Shown piece after piece: positions 26,846-39,579 of a DNA stretch of 50,236 nucleotides (positions are counted from its first letter, which is position 1; every line of letters starts with the position of its first letter). The notes below the pieces were generated by a model. That model searched no databases and was not told where the DNA came from. It worked only from the letters and a program-made list of their open reading frames with translations. This DNA comes from Eledone cirrhosa (lineage: Eukaryota), in assembly GCA_964016885.1 (NCBI GenBank), contig CAXHJY010000312.1, positions 1 to 50,236 of the forward strand, written 5' to 3'. Made by a program: the position numbers and the translations under genes.

Positions 26846-27094
26846 ATTCAGAATAATAATAAATGAAGACATTCACATAATAAAAATATATGTTTTATTA
26901 TATATATTTCGAAGGTATTGTGCTGTTTTTTCTGTACGTCCTCGTCAGGTAAAATACATGAATCGATGTATGACATACCTCAACTGTGTTGATAGTTCAG
27001 ACGTACTGAAAAAACAGCACAGTACCTTCGAAATATATATAATAAAACATATATTTTGATTATGTGAATGTCTTCATTTATTACTATTCTGAAT
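26846..27094. mobile_element. Family A foldback (arms ~26846-26940 / 27000-27094)
   Basis: Inverted arms homologous to 50012-50112. Confidence 0.8.
26893..26955 (-). ncRNA. Minimal hammerhead ribozyme (family A)
   Basis: Minus strand reads TTTTAC-CTGACGA-GGACGTAC...ATACCTTC-GAAA-T ATAT A-TA-ATAAAA. Confidence 0.7.
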
Positions 27095-27188
27095 AATAAT
27101 AACTGCAGAAAACTTTTACTGTAGAGTGCTTTTAATCTATTGTAAAACTATATTCATTGAGTAATCAATGAACCATATTAATCTTTGG

Positions 27189-27228
<40 letters not shown>

Positions 27229-27291
27229 TAATCGTGTGTGTGAGAGATTGCGTGTATAAGTATACATGTATGTATGTACATATATATATAT

Positions 27292-27430
27292 AATTGTTTC
27301 TATTTTAGGCACAAGGCCAGTAAATTACCCAGTACATTACTGGTACTTTATTTTATCGACCCCGTCAGGATGAAAGGCAAAGTTAACCTTGGCGGGATTT
27401 GAACTCAGAATGGCAAGGGCCGTAACTCTA
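27292..27430 (-). mobile_element. Main-family SINE, 5' truncated
   Basis: Core and B-box present. Confidence 0.85.
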
Positions 27431-27514
27431 TACCCAATTCTATATAATGAATGCCTGCAATATATATGTATGTGTATAGACTAGACAGACACAGAAATGA
27501 GAACATGAGAAACT

Positions 27515-27745
27515 CGGGCGGCGGCGGCGGGGAGTAAGCTGAAAAGACGTCACGTGATATGTTTCTACGGGGAGATATCCTTGCTTCTATAGTAATGTGT
27601 CACACTAACTGAGGACTTAGCATAGTTTCCACACAGTTTGGGTTCAGTTATCGTTCCTGTGTCATTACATTTCTGACTACTAGAGGGCGAGATCACGCGA
27701 CCACCAGTGTCGCTGTATTGTCATCACCAAGTCTCTCCGTCGGCA
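27515..27745. promoter_or_regulatory. CpG-rich unique island with E-box/CRE-like and CTCF-like motifs
   Basis: GACGTCACGTGA 27546-27557; CTACTAGAGGGCGA 27677-27690. Confidence 0.25.
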
Positions 27746-28123
27746 TGAATATATATAAGAATATATAAGTATGTATATGTGTGTATATATATATACGATA
27801 TATATATATATAAGATATATATATGATATATATATATATAAGATATATATATATATCTTATATATATATATAAGACATATATAAGATATATATATATATA
27901 TAAGATATATATAAGATATATATATATAAGATATATATATATATATATATATAAGATATATATATATATAAGATATATATATATATATATAAGATATATA
28001 TATATATATATATAATATATATATATATAAGATATATATATATATATATATATATCTTATGTATATAAATGTATATTATATATGCATATATGAATATACT
28101 TAAGTATTTGTATAAATGTATAT

Positions 28124-28158
<35 letters not shown>

Positions 28159-28326
28159 GTATCTATATAAATGTGTATATATATATTATATACATATATA
28201 TAAATGTATATTATATATGCATATATGTATATACATAAGTATTTGTATAAATGTATATTATATATACATATATATATATACATAAGCATTTATATAAATG
28301 TATATATATATATACAAACATTCACA

Positions 28327-28385
<59 letters not shown>

Positions 28386-28396
28386 TACACACACAC

Positions 28397-28467
28397 CTTT
28401 CCATAGCAACAATAGTTATCACACACGCCACTGTCTGTGAACAGCTTTTCAACCGCCATCTTGTCTT
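28397..28467 (-). CDS. Candidate small exon
   Basis: TTTTTTTCACCAG acceptor; frame DKMAVEKLFTDSGVCDNYCCYGK; AAG|GTGTGT donor. Confidence 0.25.
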
Positions 28468-28540
28468 CTGGTGAAAAAAACTGCCGAGTACAGAGTACAT
28501 TATATAGTGACCTTTAGATTATTTAGCTTACTGTTGTGCT

Positions 28541-29560
28541 GGTGATAGTATAGGTGGAGGTGGTGGAAGTACTGGTTTTAGTATAGGTGGTGGTGGTGGT
28601 GGTGGTGTTAGTATAGGTGGTGGTGGTGGTGGTGGTAGTGGTGGTAGTGGTGGTGGTAGTACTGTTAATATAGATCGTGATATTGGTGTTAGTATAGGTG
28701 GTGGTGGTGGTAGTGGTGGTGTTAGTATAGGTGGTAGTGGAAGTACTGGTGTTAGTATAGGTGGTGGTGGTGGTAGTGGTGGTGTTAGTATAGGTGGTAG
28801 TGGAAGTACTGGTGTTAGTATAGGTGGTGGTGGTGGTGGTAGTACTGGTGTTAGTATAGGTGGTAGTGGAAGTACTGGTGCTAGTATAGGTGGTGGTGGT
28901 GGTGGTAGTATAGGTGGTAGTGGAAGTACTGGTGTTAGTATAGGTGGTGGTGGTGGTAGTACTGGTGTTAGTATAGGTGGTAGTGGAAGTACTGGTGCTA
29001 GTATAGGTGGTGGTGGTGGTGGTAGTACTGGTGTTAGTATAGGTGGTAGTGGAAGTACTGGTGCTAGTATAGGTGGTGGTAGTACTGGTGTTAGTATAGG
29101 TGGTAGTGGAAGTACTGGTGCTAGTATAGGTGGTGGTGGTGGTGGTAGTACTGGTGTTAGTATAGGTGGTAGTGGAAGTACTGGTGCTAGTATAGGTGGT
29201 GGTGGTGGTGGTAGTATAGGTGGTAGTGGAAGTACTGGTGGTAGTATAGGTGGTAGTGGAAGTACTGGTGTTAGTATAGGTGGTGGTAGTGGTGGTGTTG
29301 TTAGTATAGGTGGTAGTGGAAGTACTGGTGCTAGTATAGGTGGTGGTGGTGGTGGTAGTATAGGTGGTAGTGGAAGTACTGGTGTTAGTATAGGTGGTGG
29401 TGGTGGTGGTAGTACTGGTGTTAGTATAGGTGGTAGTGGAAGTACTGGTGCTAGTATAGGTGGTAGTGGAAGTACTGGTGTTAGTATAGGTGGTGGTGGT
29501 GGTGGTGGTAGTACTGGTGTTAGTATAGGTGGTAGTACTGGTGTTAGTGGTGGTGGTGGC
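28541..29560. repeat. Triplet-based GGT/AGT minisatellite
   Basis: GGTAGTGGAAGTACTGGTGTTAGTATAGGT units. Confidence 0.95.
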
Positions 29561-29771
29561 GGGAATTTTGTTTAATTTTTGTAAATTTAGAATTTAATTT
29601 TCTCAACATTATAATTACCAGTTTTGGGGAATCATGGAACTTTTGTCAGTTAGTGTAACTCGAACAATATTATGAAAGTTAGGAGAAAGAAACACGCACA
29701 TATACACACACACACACACACATACATACACACACACACATACATATACATACACACACATATACACATAT

Positions 29772-29816
<45 letters not shown>

Positions 29817-30077
29817 AATACGTACATGTATGCATACGTGTATTTATATACATATATGTATATTCATGTGATAATACATGTATGTATATGTATGCATATA
29901 TATATATATATATATATATATGTACGTGTACGTATTTTTATGTGATAATACATGTATATATATATATATATTGAACACATACCTCTTTGTCTATTTTTCT
30001 CTATATACTGTTTCATATATATATATCTATATATATATCTATATATACACACACATGTATATATGCATGATATACAA

Positions 30078-30135
<58 letters not shown>

Positions 30136-30166
30136 GTATATTTATGTGTATATGCATGATATACAA

Positions 30167-30207
<41 letters not shown>

Positions 30208-30235
30208 TGTATATTTATGTGTATATGCATGATAT

Positions 30236-30281
<46 letters not shown>

Positions 30282-30950
30282 AGTTTAAAGTGAAACTAAA
30301 AGCAAACACCACCACGAACACCACCACCACGACCAACAACAACAACAACAACAACAACACCAACAACATAACTAGACGACACTTCAATAACGCTGACATC
30401 GTTAGATAATTTTCTGCCGAGATCCGCCATATTGACGTGTCAAATCTTGTAAAAACCAACGGACTCCCAGACACGTCTAGCATGGCATATTTTCACTCGA
30501 TGTTTCCAGAAGTTCTTTACTATTTTCTTATCAACCATTTAGACATAACACTGTAGAAGGATTTAGAATTGACTAACTGCAGAGGTAATAAAATTATTAC
30601 TAGTTGTTTTTTTTTTAGTATAGTTTAGTTTAGTTTAGGCTTTGTAATATATGTGATTGTCTGTGTATGTGTGTGTGTATATATATGGGTGTGTGTGTAT
30701 ACTTGTGTGTGTATATATATATATATATGTGTGTTAGTGTGTATATATATGTGTGTGTGTATGCATATATACATATATATATATATATATATGCATATAC
30801 ATAGATATATATATAAACATATACACACATACACATATATATACTCATGTGTGTACATTTATTTATGAAGATATACACATATACATGTGTATATATATTT
30901 ACATACACACACACACATATATATATACACACACACGTGTGTACACACAC

Positions 30951-30987
<37 letters not shown>

Positions 30988-31797
30988 CACACTCATACAC
31001 ATATATATATATATATATATCAGAGTAAATGTATGAATTAACCAATGGTTATTGTCACACTCGCTGGTTCGTTCTTTCTCGGGTAGATATAACCTGTGTG
31101 TGTGTGGTGTGTGTGGTGTGTGGTGTGTGTGTGTGCGCGTGCGTGTGTGCGTGTGTGATGGGGAGATAGATAGGTAGAGTGAGTGTTGAGGGGTGAAGTG
31201 GAGTGGGAGAGCGCAAGAGGGGGTGGAGAGAGGGGGGTAGAGGGGAGGGGCGAGATAGAGGGGGTGGGGGTAGAGGGAGGGGTAGAGGGGGTAGAGGGAG
31301 GGGTAGAGGGAGGGGTGATGGGTGGAGGGAGGAGTGATAGGTAGAGGGAGAAAGGAGAGAGAAAGAGAGAGAGAAAGAGAGAGTGAAAGAGTGAGCGAAA
31401 GAGAGAGCGAAAGAGAGAGAGAAAGAGAGAGAGAAAGAGTGAGCGAAAGAGAGAGCGAAAGAGTGAGCGAAAGAGTGAGTGAAAGAGTGAGTGAAAGAGT
31501 GAGTGAAAGAGTGAGAGAGCCTTAAAGGGATGAAATTACTGACAGCCATATTTCTTCTATTCTCAGATCAATACGTCACAGAGAAATAAGTTAAAATATA
31601 GTCACGTGTTCGTTAGTTATCAAAATCAACTTTTTTTTTTTTTTTTTTTCCTAAAATAATACCAAGTTCTGAGGAAGAATCCCTGGGGCTAAGATTTAAG
31701 TTTTACGTTAGGTTTTAAATGGGTTAACTTATTGATTCTTCATTCAATTAGAACCGGGTATTTATAGAAAGAGGTGGCGAATTGGCAGAGTCGTTAG

Positions 31798-32184
31798 AAT
31801 TGTTTCTACTTTAGGCACAAGGCCAGCAATTACCCCAGTGCATTAGTGGTACTTTATTTTATCGACCCCCGTAAGGATGAAAGGCAAAGTCAACCTCGGC
31901 GGGATTTGAACTCAGATCGTAAAGGGACGTAACTATGCTGGAATGCATGGCGACCAACCCTCTACCGATACTGCCAATCCACCGCCCTTTTAACAATATA
32001 ATTGTTTCGACTTTAGGCACAAGGCCAGCAATTACCATGTACATTACTGGTACTTTATTTTATCGACCCCCGTAAGGATGAAAGGCAAAGTCAACCTCGG
32101 CGGGATTTGAACTCAGATCGTAAAGGGACGTAACTATGCTGGAATGCATGGCGACCGACCCTCGGCCGATACTGCTAATCCACC
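31798..32184 (-). mobile_element. Two tandem main-family SINEs (31798-31987, 32001-32184)
   Basis: Core and B-box; a short plus-strand SINE head at ~31771-31798. Confidence 0.85.
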
Positions 32185-32229
32185 AATGTCGGATAGAAGT
32201 ACTTTATGGTATTCGTATAGGCTCTCGAT

Positions 32230-33345
32230 TCTCTGAGTTCAAGTCCCGCCGAGGTCAACTTTACCTTTCATACTTTCGAGGTCGATAAAAAAGTACCAGT
32301 CAAATACTGGGGTCGATTCTTCCTCTATATCTCTTTATCACTTCCATTATCTCACTGTACTTTGCTGAAGTCAACTTTACCTTTCATACTTTCGAGGTCG
32401 ATGAGAAAAAAAGTACCAGTCAAATACTGGGGTTAATTCGTCCTCTATATCTCTTTCTCACTTCCATTCTCACACTGTACTTTGCTGAAGTCAACTTTAC
32501 ATTTCATACTTTCGAGGTCGATGAGAAAAAAAGTACCAGTCAAATACTGGGGTTAATTCGTCCTCTATATCTCTTTCTCACTTCCATTCTCTCACTGTAC
32601 TTTGCTGAAGTCAACTTTACCTTTCATACTTTCGAGGTCGATAAAAAAGTACCAGTCAAATACTGGGGTTAATTCTTCCTCTATATCTCTTTATCACTTC
32701 CATTCTCTCACTGTACTTTGCTGAGGTCAACTTTACCAGTTAAATACTGAGGTCGATTCTTCCTCTATCTCTTTCTCACTTCCATTATCTCACTGTACTG
32801 AGGGCGGTGAATTGGCAGTATCGGTAGAGGGTCGGACACCATGCTTTGACGCATAGAGTTACGGCCCTTACCATTCTGAGTTCAAATCCCGCTGAGGTTA
32901 ACTTTGCCTTTCATCCTTACGGGGTCGATAAAATAAAGTACCAGTAATGCACTGGGATGATTGCTGGCCTTGTGCCAATAGTAGAAACAATTATCTCACT
33001 GTACTTTGCTGAAGTCCACTTTACCTTTCATACTTTCGAGGTCGATAAAAAAAAGTACCAGTCAAATACTGGAGTCGATTCTTCCTCTATATCTCTTTAT
33101 CACTTCCATTCTCTCACTGTACTTTGCTGAAGTCAACTTTACCTTTCATAATTACAAGGTCCATGAGAAAAAAAGTACCAGTCAAATACTGGGGTCGATT
33201 CTTCCTCTATCTCTTTCTCACTTTACATTCTCTCACTGTATTGACTCGAGGTCAACTTTGCCTTTATCCTTTCGAAGACAATAAAAAAAATGTACCAGTG
33301 TAGTACTGGGGTAAATTCTTCCTCTATATCTCTTTCTCACTTCCT
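32230..33345 (+). repeat. Tandem array of a ~120-bp SINE-core-derived unit
   Basis: GTCAACTTTACCTTTCATACTTTCGAGGTCGATAAAAAAGTACCAG repeated about 7 times. Confidence 0.85.
32800..32993 (+). mobile_element. Full-length main-family SINE with 16-bp target-site duplication
   Basis: ATTATCTCACTGTACT at 32784-32799 and 32990-33005. Confidence 0.9.
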
Positions 33346-33528
33346 CTCTCTCTCTATCTATCTTTCTCCAGAAGAAATCTGCTGAGAATATGGCGTCCCT
33401 ACGACTCCAGTAAGAGTTATGGGTTCATACATAGATTTATGGAAAAGATGTGTTTGGCTGCGTATCTCGAGACCCAAAAGAGGGTCTGGAAGGGAGCAAA
33501 CCTTAACAATCGGAACCTAATGATTGCA

Positions 33529-33602
<74 letters not shown>

Positions 33603-33625
33603 CACATACCCACAGCTCAACACAT

Positions 33626-33790
33626 CAGGTAGCGGGGTGGAGGGGAGAGGTAGCAGGGTGGAGGTGACAGGTAGCAGGGTGGAGGGGACAGGTAGCAGGG
33701 TGGAGGGGACAGGTAGCAGGGTGGAGGGGACAGGTAGCAGGGTGGAGGGGACAGGTAGCAGGGTGGAGGGGACAGGTAGCAGAGTGGGGC
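33626..33790. repeat. 21-bp G-rich minisatellite
   Basis: CAGGTAGCAGGGTGGAGGGGA, about 7 copies. Confidence 0.95.
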
Positions 33791-34033
33791 AAGCAATCAA
33801 TCATTCAAAATGTATAATTTCCTTTTCGACTTTATTTCGGGTGTGATCGATATCTGATGGAAAACAAGATCAGATCAATGTACCGGGTGTCATTAACTTG
33901 AACTTGCTCACCCCGAACAAATTAAAACTAAAAAGAAACAAAAACAGAAAAAAAAACAGTAAAATATTTTAAAAGTAAAGAAACAAATAAACAATTAAAA
34001 CAGAAAAGGAAAAAATAAGTGACTACTCTCTCT

Positions 34034-34096
<63 letters not shown>

Positions 34097-34099
<3 letters not shown>

Positions 34100-34250
34100 C
34101 TGAAAGGCTCTGTACCCTACATAGAGCACTCTCTTTTCCTTTACTTTTCCTACGGAAATACTTCATATATATATATATATATAACTAAAAAGCTCTGTAC
34201 CCTACATAGAGCACTCTCTTTTCCCTTACTTTTCCTCCGGAAATACTTCA
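34097..34250. repeat. Direct duplication of ~68 bp separated by (TA)n
   Basis: GCTCTGTACCCTACATAGAGCACTCTCTTTTCC..GGAAATACTTCA twice. Confidence 0.85.
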
Positions 34251-34275
34251 TATATATATATATATATATATAATG

Positions 34276-34311
<36 letters not shown>

Positions 34312-34353
34312 GTATGTATGTATATGTATATATATATATATATATAATGTATG

Positions 34354-34401
<48 letters not shown>

Positions 34402-34410
34402 GTATGTATG

Positions 34411-34454
<44 letters not shown>

Positions 34455-34480
34455 GTATGTATATATATATATATATAATG

Positions 34481-34532
<52 letters not shown>

Positions 34533-34847
34533 GTATGTATATATATATATATATATATATATAGTATTAAGGATACTATTTATGGTTATGTATGTAATAA
34601 AACCTTTTATGGTAATATATTTTTTATATATTCTTTATATACAAACCTTAAATAGTGAAAGACCTTAAATAGTGAAAGACCTTAAATAGTGAAAGTAATT
34701 CATTACCACCTTATTACCAGTAAGATAAATAGCTCAATGTAATAACATCAGTTGTTTTACAGAGCAGTTATATAGAGATTACAATAATCAAAGTTCAGTT
34801 TAAATCATTTATTTGCTCACAATTGTTATATATATATATATATAATG

Positions 34848-34881
<34 letters not shown>

Positions 34882-34914
34882 ATGTATGTATATATATATG
34901 TATATATAGGTATG

Positions 34915-34951
<37 letters not shown>

Positions 34952-35160
34952 TGGTATGTATATATATATATAGAGAGAGAGGTATGTATGTATATATATA
35001 TATATATATATACGTGTGTATATATATATATATGTATATATATATAGGTATGTATGTATATATACGTATATATCTATATGTATGCACATCTACACGCATA
35101 CACACACTAACAAATATATATACATGTTCCCATCGCTATGCATATTACAATATAGGTCCG

Positions 35161-35195
35161 CTGAAGAGCCTTGTGGTGTCGAGAACGATGTTTAT
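35161..35195 (+). ncRNA. Possible degenerate hammerhead core
   Basis: CTGAAGA-GCC ttgt GGT-GTC-GAGAAC; GAAA disrupted. Confidence 0.25.
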
Positions 35196-35229
35196 TCTTC
35201 AAATAAATCATAATACCATTGCATTGTTG

Positions 35230-35583
35230 TCAGCCATTCATTTTTAACTGGAACACCTCTTCGTCCTCAAAGATAATCTGTCCTGGAAGAGCGTAGACTG
35301 GGACGTAGGGTTTTCGTACTATTGATGGTTTTGGTCCAGTAGTAGTATTAATAGCTGAAGTTCTGTTCTGATACCTGTAGCCGTCGCATCTGATTTCTAT
35401 TGGTCTCACAATATTGTTGACAAGGACGACACTAGGGTTTTTCTGATTGACGACGTACTTCGAGGTGGTATTCTTACGGAGTAAATTCATATTGTCCTTC
35501 ACCCTGGTTTGTAAATTATACCATTTCGACTTGAACGAGTCATCAAGCGTGACATCCTCCATATAAAAGAATTCTTCAGACAT
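35230..35583 (-). CDS. Unexplained 117-aa ORF
   Basis: High-complexity, protein-like ORF in unique sequence; no recognisable domain or clear splice sites. Confidence 0.35.
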   Translation of the reverse strand: MSEEFFYMEDVTLDDSFKSKWYNLQTRVKDNMNLLRKNTTSKYVVNQKNPSVVLVNNIVRPIEIRCDGYRYQNRTSAINTTTGPKPSIVRKPYVPVYALPGQIIFEDEEVFQLKMNG

Positions 35584-36066
35584 ATCGATTCTCTCAGGTA
35601 TGTAGTAGTATATAAATAAATGTATGTATGTTTATTATATAAAGAGATATGCGAGACAGAGAGAGATAAGGAAAACCAAATGAATATATATAGATATATA
35701 TATGTGTGTGTGTGTGTGTATATATATAGATATATATATGAGTGTGTATAAATATATATATATATGTGTGTATATATAAAGATACAGATAGATAGATAGA
35801 TATATGAGTGTGTGTGTGTGTATATATAGAGATATATATGAGTGTGTGTGTGTGTATATATAGATATATATATATATGAGTGTGTGTGTGTGTGTATATA
35901 TATAGATAGATATATGTGTGTATGTGTGTGTGTGTATAGATGTATGTGTGTGTATATAGAGTGAGAGAGCTGGGAGAGAGAAATAAGAAGGAACCCTGTT
36001 ATCTCATCCACATGTTAAAGAAATCAATATCAGCCAATATCATAGAAATAATAATAATTATTATTA

Positions 36067-36120
36067 TACTGGGTATTTGCTGGCCTTGTGCCTAAAGTAG
36101 AAACAATTATTATTATTATT
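36067..36120 (+). mobile_element. Main-family SINE 3' tail
   Basis: GCTGGCCTTGTGCCTAAAGTAGAAACA-(ATT)n. Confidence 0.75.
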
Positions 36121-36481
36121 ACAATAAAGAATCCATTCTTATTTCAATAATACTGTCTCTGTGTGTTTTTGTAATGTTCGCCATATGTTGGCCCTTGGAG
36201 CCAATAAATGAAGCAATAATAATAATAATAATAATGGTTTCTGATTTACGGACCAGTCTAACAATTTGGGTAGGGGATTGGAAAGGTCCTTAAATTGACC
36301 CCCAAAAAGTTATGATAATAATAGTAAATGGTAAAAAGTGAAGTTTTAGAGAAAAGATGCAAAAGTTGAAAGAAAACAAGCGATGAATTATGAAGAATTA
36401 AGGCAACATTGACAGTGACGTCATAGTAGCAAGAATCACGTGTGACAAGTATAAAATATACGTAAATATATTTATATATAT

Positions 36482-36612
36482 ATTTTATCGACCCCGATAG
36501 GATGAAAGGCAAAGTCAACCTCGGCGGGATTTGAACTCAGATCGTAAAGGGACGTAACTATGCTGGAAAGCATGGTGTCTGACCCTCTACCGATACTGCC
36601 AATCCACCGCCC
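36482..36612 (-). mobile_element. Main-family SINE, 5' part
   Basis: Head, B-box and core present. Confidence 0.85.
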
Positions 36613-36630
36613 TATATATAAATATATATA

Positions 36631-36802
36631 ACGAAATGTGGTAAGGAACCAGGTGGACCATAACGCACCAAAGTACTCAATACTTAGGGTAGTAGAGTGG
36701 GTAATAGGAACGAGTAGGACCCCAATCCGTTTCGACAGCTAATTCTGAATTAGCCGTCGAAACGGCTTGAGCTCAGCCGTCGGGTCCTACTTGTTCCTAT
36801 AA

Positions 36803-36851
<49 letters not shown>

Positions 36852-37061
36852 AGTATGTATACGTACATACATATATGTATACAGACGTACAGTAGTATGT
36901 ATATATATATATACATACATGCGCACATGTATGTATATATATATACGTACTACTGTACGTCTGTATACATATATGTATGTACGTATACATACTTATATTT
37001 AAGTAACAGCCGTACTAAGAGTGGGAAATGAAATTTCGTTTCATTTTTTCCGTTTATATAT

Positions 37062-37108
<47 letters not shown>

Positions 37109-37185
37109 TATATATATATAAATATATATATATAAATATATAAATATATAAATATATAAATATATATATATATAAATATATAAAT

Positions 37186-37216
<31 letters not shown>

Positions 37217-37480
37217 AATATATATATATATAAATATATATATATATAAATATATATATAAATATATATATAAATATATATATAAATATATATATAAATA
37301 TATATATATAAATATATATATATAAATATATATATATAAATATATATATATAAATATATATATATAAATATATATATATAAATATATATATATAAATATA
37401 TATATAAATATATATATAAATATATATATATAAATATATATATAAATATATATATATATAAAAATATATATATATAAATA

Positions 37481-37512
<32 letters not shown>

Positions 37513-37643
37513 AATATAAATATATATATATAAATATATATATATAAATATATATATAAATATATATATAAATATATATATAAATATATATATAAATATA
37601 TATATAAATATATATATAAATATATATATAAATATATATAAAT

Positions 37644-37696
<53 letters not shown>

Positions 37697-37699
37697 AAT

Positions 37700-37736
<37 letters not shown>

Positions 37737-37843
37737 AATATATATATAAATATATATATATAAATATTACCCACTCTACTACCCTAAGTATTGAGTACTT
37801 TGTTGCGTTATGGTCCACCTGGTTTCTTACGACATTTCTTCCG

Positions 37844-37844
<1 letters not shown>
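36631..37844. mobile_element. Family C foldback interrupted by a family D palindrome and a TA array
   Basis: Minus arm ~36631-36747; plus arm ~36748-36800 resumes at 37766-37844; family D palindrome and tail at ~36848-37053. Confidence 0.75.
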
Positions 37845-37894
<50 letters not shown>

Positions 37895-37905
37895 ATATAT
37901 ATATC

Positions 37906-38174
37906 TATCCGGGAGCTTCCAACCGACATGGTCGCATTTTTTAAGGGTATGTCAATATTTGTTTATAAAACTGATCTATATTATATTTTATCTGATGAAA
38001 GCGCACCATAATTTGCTTTGGTGTCCTTGTAATATGTATAATGAAATAAATATGGTTTTATAAATATAGTTTCCATTTGTTAATATATCGTATTTTTACT
38101 CCAATAATTTGTTGAGTGCTTTATATCAGTTATAAAAATATTTGCTTGTTGTATCCCAACAAATTAAATATAAC

Positions 38175-38179
<5 letters not shown>
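37906..38179 (+). mobile_element. Family A element with mutated hammerhead (37985-38047)
   Basis: CTGATGA at 37992; stem II present; GTAA replaces GAAA; family A tail to (TA)n. Confidence 0.75.
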
Positions 38180-38216
<37 letters not shown>

Positions 38217-38225
38217 TATTCTATT

Positions 38226-38442
38226 CTAAGGCGGGTAAAATTCCCGAGATCCATGGACGAGTTCTCTCCAGCGGTCTCTGTCCCTCATTATCGCTGCCAT
38301 GTCCTGCATCTCCAATAGACCAGTGTCTGTCCTTAGGGCATCAACATACGTTAACCTTGGTCTTCCTCTTCTAGTGTGTCCATGTAGGGGCTCCCAAAGG
38401 AGCACTGAGTGCAATGTCAACTCTGGATGTCGGTGAGCATGT

Positions 38443-38445
<3 letters not shown>
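38226..38445 (-). mobile_element. RTE/RTEX-like LINE 3' fragment
   Basis: Near-identical to 25377-25595. Confidence 0.8.
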
Positions 38446-38503
<58 letters not shown>

Positions 38504-38571
38504 TATCCAGACGGAACTTGAACCGTTATATCTCATTCCTGGATATGTCACTATTTATAAAACAAACTTAG

Positions 38572-38632
38572 TATTTTAACTGATGAGAGCGTACCAAAGT
38601 TTTGGTACCCTTGAAATATATATAATAGAATA
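38572..38632 (+). ncRNA. Minimal hammerhead ribozyme (family A, in element 38501-38766)
   Basis: TATTTTAA-CTGATGA-GAGCGTACCAAA GT TTTGGTACCCTT-GAAA-T ATAT A-TA-ATAGAATA. Confidence 0.75.
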
Positions 38633-38765
38633 AATATGGTTTTATAAATATGGTTTCCATTTATATTAATATCATTGATATTATACTCCAGAAAACTTGT
38701 CGAGTGCTTCGAATCTGATATAAATATAATTGTTGAATTACCAACAAATTAAATATCCCCTTGCT

Positions 38766-38819
<54 letters not shown>

Positions 38820-38893
38820 CGTTATTCCGGGTTGAATCGGAGGTAACCATAGTAAGTAAGGTACTCAATACATTGCAGAGTATAAAAGTTTTA

Positions 38894-38955
38894 ATATAGA
38901 TGAGATTCCTGATGATTTCTAAAGAATGAAACAGTTCTAGTCCTGTAGAATCTCA

Positions 38956-38962
<7 letters not shown>
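38894..38962 (+). ncRNA. Type I hammerhead (family B) with 15-bp stem I created by inversion
   Basis: ATATAGATGAGATTC-CTGATGA...CTGTA-GAATCTCATCTATAT, within element 38820-38962. Confidence 0.85.
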
Positions 38963-38992
<30 letters not shown>

Positions 38993-38996
38993 ATAT

Positions 38997-39190
38997 AACA
39001 AAGGAATTGTGGTAAGGAACCAGATGGACCATAATGCACCAGAGTACTCAATACTTAGGGTAGTAGAGTGGGATCTAGGAAAAAATATGAACACGACGGC
39101 AGAGCTCTAGCCGTTTCGACGGCTATTTCTGTCCAGAAATAGCCGTCGAAACGGCTAGAGCTCTGCCGTCGGGGTCATACTTTTTCCTAT
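38997..39190. mobile_element. Family C foldback element
   Basis: Arms ~39076-39130/39135-39189; GAAACGGC tagagctct GCCGTC stem III. Confidence 0.8.
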
Positions 39191-39348
39191 ATATATATAT
39201 ATATATAGGATAACAAATTATCGTTATAGGTAATCCAGTTAGAGGTTGTGAATACTCCGTATTGTGCATAGTTTTAGCGTACGGCGTTGTTTGACTCAAC
39301 AAGAGGTTTCCTTGGGAATTCCTATGCAGGCTAATCTTGGAGTAATAA

Positions 39349-39575
39349 GAGTGAAAGAGCGAGAATAACATGGTCAGCTGTACAAAAAGGGTTTTATTTA
39401 CAGTATTAACAATTGTTTCAGATGATTCGATTAGGCATACATTGTATTTAAAATTGAGTGACACAACTTCAAGTGATTAGCCATTTTTAGACAACCTAAT
39501 CAATGAAACAATTGTTAAAACTGTAAATAAAACCCTTTTTGTACTGTGGGCCATGTTATTCTCCACTCTTTCACT
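39349..39575. mobile_element. Family F foldback (arms ~39350-39420 / 39503-39574)
   Basis: Inverted arms; related sequence at 26765-26835; contains GAAAC-AATT-GT. Confidence 0.7.
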
Positions 39576-39579
39576 ATAT

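Noticed and set aside
30370-30580. Possible minus-strand exon or start (LVNSKSFYSVMSKWLIRK* or MADLGRKLSND)
   Set aside because: Several short, mutually incompatible frames and no convincing donor
32800-32895. tRNA gene
   Set aside because: A/B-box-like head of a SINE with no cloverleaf; followed by SINE core, tail and target-site duplication
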